Shown here one piece after another: positions 38,001-48,614 of a DNA stretch of 64,000 nt (position 1 is its first letter; each line of letters opens with the position of its first letter). The notes under the pieces were generated by a model that saw nothing but the letters and a program-made list of their open reading frames with translations, searched no databases and was not told the DNA's origin. Source of the DNA: Protoeuglena noctilucae (Eukaryota); contig OY253670.1 of assembly GCA_958009085.1 (NCBI GenBank), positions 744,001 to 808,000 on the forward strand. The letters are read 5' to 3'. The position numbers were made by a program, and so were the translations under genes.

Positions 38001-41000
38001 CCGCATGATGTCCGTCCGGTCCAAGCGAGACATGGCAGCGTCGGCGCAGGCCGCGTCGGGGCTCACGCGCCGGCAGTCCCGGATGCCCGCGAGTGCGGCC
38101 ACCGGGCGCGGCAGCCCTGCCGACGAGCCCCGCCGCCCCACCACGCCCGTCGCCGACGACCTATCGGCCCTCCCCAAGCGCGTCCACCAGGCCTTCCGCC
38201 TCTTGCTCAGCTCCATGCCCGCCGAGCACTTCCCCGCGAGCGTGCTCGAGGTGACCCATGCGCCCTCCACGCCACCTGTCACGGCCACGACACTGCATGG
38301 CCACTTTGCCGCCCATGTTCGGCTGCCATGGCCAAGCCTGCGTTGCTGCTGGGGCTGTCCAATCGACTTGCCTGCGGGCTTTGCTGTTGTCTATCTCTTG
38401 CTAAGGTCCCCTCTCACCCGTGCTGCACCGCAGAGGAGCCTCAAGTTGACGTTTGAGCCGCCCCGGGGCATCCGCGGCAAGGTGCTGCGGGAGCTGGGGC
38501 AGGTCGACCAGAGCTTCTTCGACAGCATCGGGAGGGGCGGATCGATTCTCACCGCCGCCGCGGACGAGGCCGCGATGGGCCGCGTGTGGCGACGGCTGCT
38601 CTACTCGGTCACGCTCATGCACGCCGTCCTCATCGAGCGCCGGCGGTTCGGGCCCCTCGGCTGGGATATCGCCTACGACTTCTCCTCCACGGGTGAGCGG
38701 CCATGGACCGAGGCGTGCACCTAACACACCCCACGCACCCCACGCACCCCACGCGAGCGAGCGATGCAAACTGCCTGGTTGACAACACAGCCCTGAGGTG
38801 CCCCAACCACTGCCAGGCTGTACCTGTCGTGTCTTTGCAGATCTCGAGGTCTCCCTGTCCACGATCCACACCTTCCTGCTCGACGCCCTGGGCTCGAACG
38901 TGGCCGCGCCGCCCGTGCGCGCCGCGGGGGCCGGCGGGAGCAAGCGCCAGATCCTCAAGGGCAACGTGAGCACGCTGACGGCCGGAAGGGCGCGCGGCTC
39001 CGATGCCGGGGAGAGCCCGCGCGCGTCGACCCTGGGGATGGACGGGCCAGGGTCCGCTTCACGGCGTGTCATGGCGTCATCACCCACGCCCAGCTCCCAG
39101 TCCGGCAGGGGTGGCGAAGTGCCGTGGAGGGGCATCCAATACATCGGTGCGCACGCGGCCTCTGCTCTGCCGCGTGCTCCCAGTCGCTGGTGGGATCGCC
39201 TGCCGCGGTGCTGTGGCTTTACGCTCGTCGGTGCGCCCTTTCCGCAGTTGGAGAGATCAACTACGGCGGCCGGGTGACGGATGACAACGACCGACGCCTC
39301 CTGAACAGCATCATCGAGCGCTTCCTGTCCCCAGACGTGCTGCAAGAAGAGTTCTCCTTCGCACAGGGCACCCGACAGGCGACCCTGTTTCAAGCGCCGG
39401 CCCCGACGGGTGAGGCGCTTCAGCTGGTGGCTCGTGACTGCGGTCTTTGCATTGCGCAGAAGCAGCTGAAATACTGGCAATGCTTGTCTGTTAGACTGAC
39501 AGACATTCATTGCCAGCATTGATGCCTAGCGCGTGTCGCAATAACACCCGCGACGCCGCGTGCCGTTCCGCGTCCCCGCAGGATCGCTGCTCTCGGTGCA
39601 GGACCACGCCGCGCAGCTCCTGCCGGACGCGGCGGAGGCGGCGGTGTTCGGCCTCTCGTCCGTTGCTGACGTTCAGCTGCGCGCAGGGGAGGGGCGCGCG
39701 GTGCTGTCCTGCCTCGCGGCCCTGGAGCCCATCCGCTGGGCCAAGTCCACGGCCGCCAAGCAATCCAAGGAGGGAGAAGCCGAGGGGTCCCAGGCCCGGG
39801 CCATCGCCAAGGAAATCCTCGCGGCACTGCCCGAGGTAAGCGCCGGATCCATGTTGCATGACTTGCTTACAATCGCATGATACGGCTCATGCGATGCTCA
39901 CCAGAGCCTACAGTAGTCCAACAGAGCCCCTGCGACATCCCCAGAGCCTGCGTTGCCAGTCCCATTCCTGCCACCGCCCTTGCCAAGCTTTGCTCCCCCA
40001 TCTCGGGCCCCCGCAGCCCTTGGTCGTCGCCCTGGCCCACAAGCAGGCCTACCAGCAGACATCCGCGGCGCCGGACGACGCAGTCGCTCCCGCGGCCACC
40101 CCCCCTGGGTCCGCGAGAGCGGCCGCGCAACCACCGCCGTCAACGGGCCCGGGGCCGTCGCGCCGATCCTCCGTCCGCGACATGTTTGCCGGGCGGGGGT
40201 CGTCCCGCGCCCTGGTCGCGCGGGGCGCGAGCGTCCGGGGCATGGCGGGGTCGGCCCGTCGCGACTCCCAGCAGGAGCCGACCGGGGCGCTGGGGGAGGT
40301 CAAGACGGAGCCTCTGGGCGTCGTGCTGCTGCAGGAGGTGCAGCTCTTCAACCACCAACTGGAGGTGCTGGTGAGTGGCAGACGCAGCTCCGTGGCATGA
40401 GGGCGCCACTGCCTCGGTGGTAGTTGCCAGCCGCATGTGACTGCGGCCATGGGTCTGCTCGCGCAACCGCAGAGTCGGACGCTGCACGGCTTGATCAAGG
40501 CCACGGACGGGCTCAAAGTGATGACGCCGGAGTTGGAGGACATGGCCACGCGGCTTCTGACCAACGAGGTCCCGGCCTCGTGGGCCAAAGCGGCCTACCC
40601 CTCCACTATGGTGCGTATCACGCTGATATCAGCAGACAGGCGCAAGTACACCTAACCCGTCTGGTTTAAAATTTGTGCACTGCTAATGCTCCCATCTTGC
40701 TTTGGATGCTCTATCTCGAAGGGACCCCTCTCTGCAAGCACCAGGGCCTCCAAGCGCCTCGCGATTCAAACCCAGCCCGCTCTCTTCCCTTCCCCCGCAG
40801 CCCCTCGCCGCGTGGGTGAAGGACTTCTCGCGCCGCGTGGCCTTCATCCGATCCTGGGCGGAAGCAGGCCCTCCCAGGTCCTTCTGGCTGGGAGCGCTCT
40901 TCTCGCCCCAGAGCCTCCTCAGCGCGGCGCTGCAGGTCCATTCCCGCAAGACCCTCACCTCGATCGACATGCTCGGCTTCCAATGGAGAGCGCTGGACGC

Positions 41001-41809
41001 TCCGTGGGACGCAGAGAACCCCCACAGGTGAGACTATGCATAGGGTGCAGGGAGGGGGTGTCCCTGTGTCAACAACGGAGCATGGTCATGGTTCGCGAGT
41101 GTTAAGGCGTGACCTGTGGCTCTGCCGGCCTCTGCTGCTGTGGCCACCTGCATCGCACTGCAGTCCCGACCCTGCTGCTGCACTCTGTCACTGCCCCGAC
41201 CTGACCTCTGCACCTTTCCTCACCCCAACCTCTGCCGCTGCCTCCACTACACCCCGCAGCCGCACGGCCTGTCCGGAGGGCGCCGTGGAGATGGACGAGT
41301 CCAACCGGTGCCCCAAGTCTGGCATCCTCATCCACGGCCTGGCATTAGAGGGATGCTCCTGGGATTCGAACCGCAACCACATCGTGGAATTTCAGCCGGG
41401 GTCTGGCGCCTCACTACTCCCCGTCATCCACTGCCAGCCCGTGCTACAGTGAGTGCACGGCGATCCGCAGGGCGCCATTGCTGCAGGGCTCAGCCGAACA
41501 CTTGCCGAGCGCTTGTTGCTCAGCCATCCGAATCTCACGATGTTCTTATGATGATTTTTGTACTTACAACACTATGATGAGGAAGAGAACGCAACCCTCT
41601 GTGACCCCCGCAGCGAGGACGCCCTGGCGAGCCGGGAGGGCGCCTTCACGTGCCCCGTGTACAAGACGCGGCAGCGGGCAGGCACGCTCTCGACCACGGG
41701 GCAGAGCACCAACATCATCACGTACGTCAGTCTCCCTGTCGCCGAGGGCACCGACCCATCCCACTGGGTGGTGCGAGGAGCGGCGGCCGTCTGCACCCTC
41801 GACGATTGA
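20034..41809 (+). CDS. Axonemal dynein heavy chain, single-headed inner-arm type (DNAH6-like). As written it has 2 in-frame TAG codons and 2-3 indel lesions (possible pseudogene, recoding or assembly errors)
   Basis: Linker [15 protein letters not shown] and [18 protein letters not shown]1 [34 protein letters not shown]2 [31 protein letters not shown]3 [22 protein letters not shown]4 GLGGSGKQ. Also the stalk/MTBD, AAA5 [15 protein letters not shown]6 SLGQGQG/NCHLA and C-terminal CPVYKT...HWVVRGAA. More than 30 introns. Confidence 0.93.
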
Positions 41810-42099
41810 TGTCATACACGATGTTGACGTGCAGGTCTATAGCTGAGGGTGCAGAGGTCCATCAGGACCCCCGCCGAATCTTGCCATGTCTCGTAGCCTT
41901 GTGCCTAGCACACATGTCACACGGACCACTTCCCGTCCAGGCAGCCGCGGCAACCGCATGCCGGCGCCCCCCTTTCCACTCCTAGCTCTGTCTGAGGCTC
42001 ACAAAGAGCCAGTGATTCAAAACCGTGACAGTAGAAACTGCTAGGCCAAACTAGAGCAAACTACTACCTGCACTCGGTTCACGTGCTACGCCTGCGCAA

Positions 42100-44850
42100 T
42101 TAGAAATAGGAGTTCTTCGCCCAACAAAGCATTCGGTCCACTGCCTGCGTGGAGCGATGGCTCCATGCTTGGAAGGGGAGCCACGCCGTGAGGAGGGGCC
42201 ACACCAGGGCCAGCAACACCCAGTACCACGCACCCCACCCCACGTCCCTCGCCAGGTGCGAGAGGGCAAACAGGACCCCCGAGGACGGGCTCGGGGCTTT
42301 GGCCTTCGCGGCTGCCCTGGCCGTGGCGGCCAGCCATCGCGAGAGAGGCTGCGCGAGGACGAGGCAGAGCGCAGACGTCGTGGCCCAGCCCAGCCATAAG
42401 GCGCGCGAGACGACCTGGCCGCCCGTGCACCCGCTCCCGAACGCGCGGGGGGCGGTTGGGGCGAAGAGCGCTTCGGCAGCCAACGTGAGCGACGGCACGG
42501 CGACGGCGCCCGCGAGAGACAAGAGCGCGAGGGCGAGGCCGGGCATGTGGCCGGAGAAGGCGCTCAGCCAAGAGAGGGATTTGATGCAAAGGAGGACGAG
42601 GACTGACGCGAGGAGGGTGAAGGCCGCCAGTCCCATGGCGGTCGACGTGGCGCAGATGGCCGCCATCCACGCCGCGTAGATGGATCTGTGGGTGGGTGCA
42701 GGGGGGGGCAGGGGTGAATGGGGTGAGTGGGGCGGGGCAGGGGGGCGCGGGACGGTGCAGGTGGGCGCAGCGCGGCGCAGGTGGGAGCAGGGCGGGGCAG
42801 GTGCATTCTGGGTTGGCGGTATGGACGGAGCGGCGCAAGTGAGTGTGGCCAAGCCCTCACCGTTGGGCGGTTTGGAGAGCGGAGACGTCCACAGCGCCGA
42901 CCCATGGAACTTGCACGATGGCCGAGCCGGACGAAGCCATCGTGTCATACCAGTCGAGCTGCGGGAATGCTCAGTTAATGCCGGGTGTCACGGGAGGCGC
43001 AACTACCCAAACCCCTGCTACCCCAACTACCCCGGGCACACGTGCGGTTCCCGTTGGTCCATTGTTGAACGTCTCACCTCTCGGCTGGCACGTCGCCAGC
43101 ACGCGTTCCATGGTCCCAGGGGATCGCCCAGCAACGCGTCCCACAGGCCGCTGCTCGCGACGAAGGCGCCCGAGTAGACCACGATGCCCACCGCAAGCGC
43201 GTCCATCGCCGTCCGCCGCAGCCCCGCCGCGCTCGCCTCCAACGCGCTGGCCTCCATGGCACGCCCCACGCTTGACACCTCCTCTGCGTGCGCTTCACGG
43301 TGCGGCCCTCAGCTCGCCTGCGACGTCCGACAAGGCTCTCTGGCTGCTCACACACGGCCCGCGACTCACCAGTGAGGTCCCTAACCGCGGCGGTGCTCTC
43401 AGCCGCCTGCGCTGTGTTGGTCTCGACCGCAGCTGTGTTGTCTTGCAGGGCCACGAGGGCCTGCACCCGGTCCTGGATCTCGCAGACCTGCAACATGGCC
43501 TTCCAATTATCACGATACACCTTCAGAGCCCTCTTCTCCGGGACTTCCATCATCTCCCCTGCGAGGGTGCGTGGGTGCTGCAGCATGCTAGCACACCATG
43601 CTAGCACACCTCCGCTGTACGGGTCTCCTGCTGGGCGGGAGGGTGAAAGCACGCAGACAGACGATGCTGAAGCACCTGTCAGGTGCATTGGCAGGACCTC
43701 CAAACGCATGGCAAAGCTCCTTCATCCTTTGTTCGCAACGCACCGTAGGTCGTCCCATCGCGCGCGCTGAACTTGGCCAGGATCCAGTAGGAGTACTCGC
43801 ACGGCGCTCCGGTCGCTCCGCCAGTCGTCTCCGCCGTTGCAGGGCACCGGCCCACAGGCACCGGTTGCTTGCTCGCCCTGAGGGTGCAAGAGCAGCAGCA
43901 GGCTCGAGCAGCGCAGTCGCTCCATCCCCTCGCAGCCCTGCTCGCGCGCGCCACAAATCCGTCAGCGGCATACCAACAAGTCTCACCTCAGCATTATTTC
44001 CAGTTCGTCCTGATCGGACGCCTCGGACATCGTCGCGAGATTTTGCAGCCCCAGGGCGTCCAGCTGAGGACGCACTTCGGGCGAGAGACACGCATTTGAC
44101 GACTCGGCGACGCCACCGGGCTCCCTTACGGGCCACAAAGCCTTCTTGTGCGCCGGGCTCGGTCGCGGGGTCGCGGTCGCTGAGCTGCACTCGTCCACAC
44201 AGCTCGCGCTCGCCTCCACGCCCGCAGCGCGTCCTGAGCGGGAAAAGCTGACGCACCATTGAGATATCTGGAAGTGTAAAGGCCACTGGTTTGAAGTGCG
44301 CCTTTGAGGAGACCCCACGCGCACCTGGATGAGCTCGCCCAGCCGCGCTCTCCCCCCCCGTCCGCCCCGCGCTCTCAGCCGAGACTTCCTCGTCCCCGCC
44401 CTCGCAGACGCTCGAGCGAGCAGAAAGTAACGCGGGAGGACGAGTCTCGCTCGCCGCCTTCCCTTGCGAAGGCCTCCCCGCCTGCATCCGCTTCCGAACG
44501 CGAACGGACACGGAGGTGCACGCCGCGAGCAGAAGCCACAACAGAGTCGCCAGCGCGATCGCTCCAAAGATGAGGCTCTCCAGACGCCAGGGGGTGACCC
44601 CTGTCGTCGCGGGTGCAGGAGGCTGTGCGGCGGAGCCCCCCGAAGGTCCCGGCGCGAGTGCGGCCCCGTCCACCGCATCATCGCCTAAACCCCGTCCAGC
44701 ATCCCCCGTCAGCGCAATCCGTGGCCTCAAACCTGCGCGTGAGAATCCCCAAAGCGCAGTGGGGCCACCGTCTCAGTGGGTTCTCTCGCCGGCGACGTGT
44801 CACCCGCTGGCCGCGCACCTCCCCGGGTCCCGCACAGGCCGTTCGCGCAT
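42100..44850 (-). CDS. Multi-pass membrane protein with a coiled coil followed by a CPR5-like C-terminal transmembrane region (5' end uncertain)
   Basis: Coiled coil EIQDRVQALVALQDNTAAVETNTAQAAESTAAVRDL, then hydrophobic helices LRRTAMDALAVGIVVY, HMPGLALALLSL, LWLGWATTSALCLV and YWVLLALVWPLLTAWLPF. Their order resembles plant CPR5 as I recall it. Confidence 0.5.
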
Positions 44851-45240
44851 CCCCTCGTGCTAACCACCAGTTCCTCCCTGCTTGTCGATGGGCCCGGGCG
44901 CAGGAGCGAATCCCGCGAACCCATCCGGCCAACCTTAATTTAAATGCGCGAGGCGATTCGCATAATAGTCAAATATGTATTTACAGGACACTCGCTGCTT
45001 GGACCCTTCTAGACACTCAGTCGGACCAGGTCGGACACAGCGCCGAGGTTTCGGTTGGTCGCCCACCCTCCGCAGCGTCATACGTGACCTCCATAGCGTG
45101 TGGGGAGTCCGGCGTGACCGGGCGCGCGTGGGCATAACGGGCGTTTGGGCCGGGCTTGGCTCTCGCCGCCCGAGGAACGCGCTGACCTGCGCTCGCACTG
45201 CGTATCGCTTATTCTCTTGACAACTTATCCGTTGCCGTAG

Positions 45241-46007
45241 ATGGGCTGCGGCGCGAGCAAGGTCCGCGGGAGTGGGGGAAGGACGTCGCCCTCGTTCCTT
45301 GGCGCCCCTGTTTCCTTCCGAACACCCTCGGCTACTCGTTTGGATGTCGCATTGATGCAGTCGCCGTGCCTGTTTCTGCCGGCGGCCCTTGGTTACGCTC
45401 CGTCGGGGTGCCCCATGCAACGCCACCCCCCACGGCCCCCCGCGCCCCTCGCGCGCAGGAGAGGGATATCGTCGACCCCGAAGCCCGCTCCAAGAAGCAT
45501 GGGATCAAGGGTCGGGATGGGCGGTCCACAGACAAGCCCGACGCGGGGGGGCTGGCCGGTTCGCACAACGTGTCGGTCAAGCGCACGTCCGGGGCGCTGT
45601 CTCCTGCGACGAGCCGGGCGGCCGACTACGGCATCTTCACGCGACCAGGTGTTCCCGAGGGCGGGGGTTTCATCCCGGCGGACCGCCCGCAGCCCCCAGA
45701 TTATCAAGGGCACGTCGCGCCTCGCCACTCCAAGGAGGCTCAGGAAGGGGACGGCAAGTTGGGTCTTCTGATCATGCCGGGGGGTGCGATAGACTCCAAC
45801 TCGCCGCGGAACCACATGCATTTGGAGCCCGTGCGGTCGGCGCGCAACACGGTGGGCGTCGTGGGCGCCAGCGCAGAGCAACGGACCCTCTCGTCCGGTG
45901 AGCCGGCGCGGAGTGCCGACGGGGGCATCGAGAACTTGCATGTGCCGACCACGGCGTGTCTCTGCCTCTCCCGCAGCGGTGGAGGCGTCGCCGGCCTTCG
46001 CGAGTGA
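45241..46007 (+). CDS. Small hypothetical protein with an N-terminal myristoylation/palmitoylation motif
   Basis: ATG GGC TGC GGC GCG AGC AAG|gtccgc (MGCGASK) splices in phase 0 to gcgcag|GAG AGG GAT ATC, giving an open hydrophilic exon to TGA at 46007. Confidence 0.6.
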
Positions 46008-46157
46008 AGGCGGCACGGGCCCGGTGGATGAGGTCAGTTATCAGTGAGAAGTTCTAATTATCAGTTGCACTCTATCCACACCCTCGAGGGATGCCCTGTG
46101 CGCCGTTGGCTGCCGGGTCGTGACTTTAAGCTTTGCCAGTTTAAGCACTTCTTTTCT

Positions 46158-48268
46158 CTAGAACTCTTGGGGTCCGAACGAGAAGGCGACGACGTACGAG
46201 TGGAACGACGCCGCCACGGCCATGTCCTCGGTGCAGTCGGTGCGGGTGAGGCGGCCCCCGCCGCCGCTCAGCGCCCCGACGACCGAGAAGTTGCGCAGGT
46301 CGACGACGCGCAGGAATCCGTCGAAGCTCGACGTTACGAACAATGGCAGGGAGGGGTGCATCCTCAGGCCGGCGACGGGGCCGCTAGGCACAGCCGGGTT
46401 CCTGGAAAGGGGCATGGCGTCCACCGGGTGGTTCCTGCATTGAGCGGGAAGCAGGGAAGGCAGGTTCAGCGACGGTGGCAACGCCCATCGTTGTTGCTTC
46501 CTGGTACAAGCACGACAACAGCTGACTGAAGCGCCTCTCCTCACCCCTGGCGCGCGTCCCAGAGGCACACACAGCTGTCTGTCGCTCCCGTCAGGAAGCA
46601 ATCCGCACTGTCCTGCCGCAACAGCTCCAGGCACCAGATCCACCCCCGGTGCGCCACCATGCGCTGCGGGGAGAGCAGGGCGCGCGGTCATCCTGGCCGA
46701 CGCAGTCATCCTGGTCTGGTCGCTGACGCCCTCGCATCGCACATCCTTCACACACACCTGAGTGACGACGCCGCGCTCGGTGCACCAGCGCTTCGCCTCC
46801 GCGTCGTTGCCACCCGACAGCAGGGCCTTGGCGCCGTCCGGGTCCAGGGCCAGGGCGCTGACCGTCCGCGAGTTCCCCTCGGTCGACTGGTCGACGGCAG
46901 CATCCGAAAGGCAGACCGTAGGCCGCACCTGCCGCACCCGGCCCATGGGGTGCCACTTGCCGTCCCCGACCTTGACCAGCGTTTCGTCCAGGAAGGCCGG
47001 CGTGCACGCGTCCACCTCGCCCGGGAGCTCCTCGTCTCGCTCCCAGTCTCCGGTGCGGAACATCCGGATCTGCCCGTCGAACGAGGCCGTCGCGATCCAG
47101 TTGGCGTCTGACGTCGAGCTGACGACCGGATCGACGTGACCTGAGAGATGCACGAGCGGCTTGAGAGCCGCCGCACGGGCGCTGGGGGGGCCCGACGCCG
47201 GCCGGGGCCGGGAATCCGGGTGCGCGTCACTGTCGCCTGCGTCCAAGTCCAAACGATACACCGTGCAGGCGCCCGAGAAGCCCGTGACGACAATCTCGGG
47301 CAGCTGGTGGCGCTGGGTGACGTGGAAAACCCCGCCCGACCCCTCGTGCTCCCCGCAGTCCTCGTACAGCAGCGTGTGGGAGCGCTTGTTCTGAGGCACA
47401 CGGAGAGGGGCACGCGTGGCGTCAGCTGAGGAGCGCGACGTGCACCTGGCTCGATCGAGCACACACGCCCACGGCACACCCTGACTCACCTCGAAATCGA
47501 GCAAGACGACCTCGGCGCTGCCCGTGTCCGCGTCAACGCCGCCCGACACGGCCCACGTGGGCGGGAGCGGGTTCCGACACATGCGCAGGCCAAAGATGGG
47601 GCCCGCGTGGCCCGCCGGGGCTTGGGGGGCCGTGCCCGGACGAGCATCAGCCTCCTGACCAGGGGCACCCGCGGGCTCAGACGCGACGCCGTCGCTGTCG
47701 CCCGCGTCCAGGCCCTCGTCGTCGCTGCTGCCGCTGGACATGCTCCGGAAAGACGCATCGCCGGAGCTCTGAGGGGCCGGCTGGTAGGACCCCAGCGCAG
47801 CGTCCGCCGGTATCCGGGACGACAGCACGTCCACGCTGGTCACGTGGCACGTGCTCACCGCATGTGACGCGGCCCAGGCGTATCTGTACTTGTCCAGGGA
47901 CGGGAGGGTCGCCCAGGTGTCGGCCAAGTGGACGGGCGTGTGTGTTGCGTACGTGCCGTAGTCCCTCCTCATCAGCAGCGCCCAGAGGAGCTCAGTGTGA
48001 CCCAGCTCGTGGAGCCGCCGACAGGTCGCGGCGAAATTGCAGGCGTCTCTCGCGGACAGGCTTGAGAAGATGTGATGAATGCACAGGTCGGGGAGCTCCA
48101 TGAGCGAGGCCCTGCAGCGCACAGGGGCACGCGTCCGTGCGCCCGTTTCTCAGAGCCAGCTCGCTGCGGTGCGCATCTTGACTTCGGCGTCATGAGCCGA
48201 AACGTGAGAGGACATCTTTGTCGCGCTTATCACGGCACGCACCCCGGGGAAGCGTCGGCGTCGGCCAT
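46158..48268 (-). CDS. F-box / WD40-repeat protein
   Basis: F-box LMELPDLCIHHIFSSLSARDACNFAATCRRL...LW. WD repeats LSGHVDPV...ATASFDGQIRMF, LLSGGNDAEAKRW, AHRGWIWCL and FVTSSFDGFLRVVDLR. Start inferred at MADADASPG. Confidence 0.85.
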
Positions 48269-48614
48269 GGGGTAAGCTCGCGGCGCGCTCGACGGTCGCA
48301 GACCACCACCGTGGGAAATCCTCCGCGGGGAATCCCTGAAGTGGGCGCGATTTGCGGTTGTGACTTTGCGCCAAATGTTGCCGCAAGGACGATTGGGAGC
48401 TCTTTGACGCGGCGTCCTGCGGGACGCGTCCTGACGCCAGAGGGGCAACGCCCAAACTCGAGCGCCGGTGGACCCCCCCAGAATGCAGTTTCCGCAACCG
48501 GGTCTGTTGTTGCTCTCGATCGTGCGTAGTTGTCCTTCGCGTCGTAGCGGGAAACAAGCGCTTCGGGCTCCCTCAGATGGGAGACAGCTGACCACACCCG
48601 CCGCGCACGGTTTC

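Noticed and set aside
25865..43610. Short local duplications (gcatgcaaccctc x2 at ~25870-25912, ccccacgca x3 at ~38728, catgctagcacac x2 at ~43584)
   Set aside because: Isolated slippage-type duplications, mostly intronic, with no evidence of function or mobility.
46158..48122. Intronless 654-aa F-box ORF
   Set aside because: The ORF reads through introns by chance. The WD motif AHRGWIWCL lies in another frame between two introns, so the true product is spliced.
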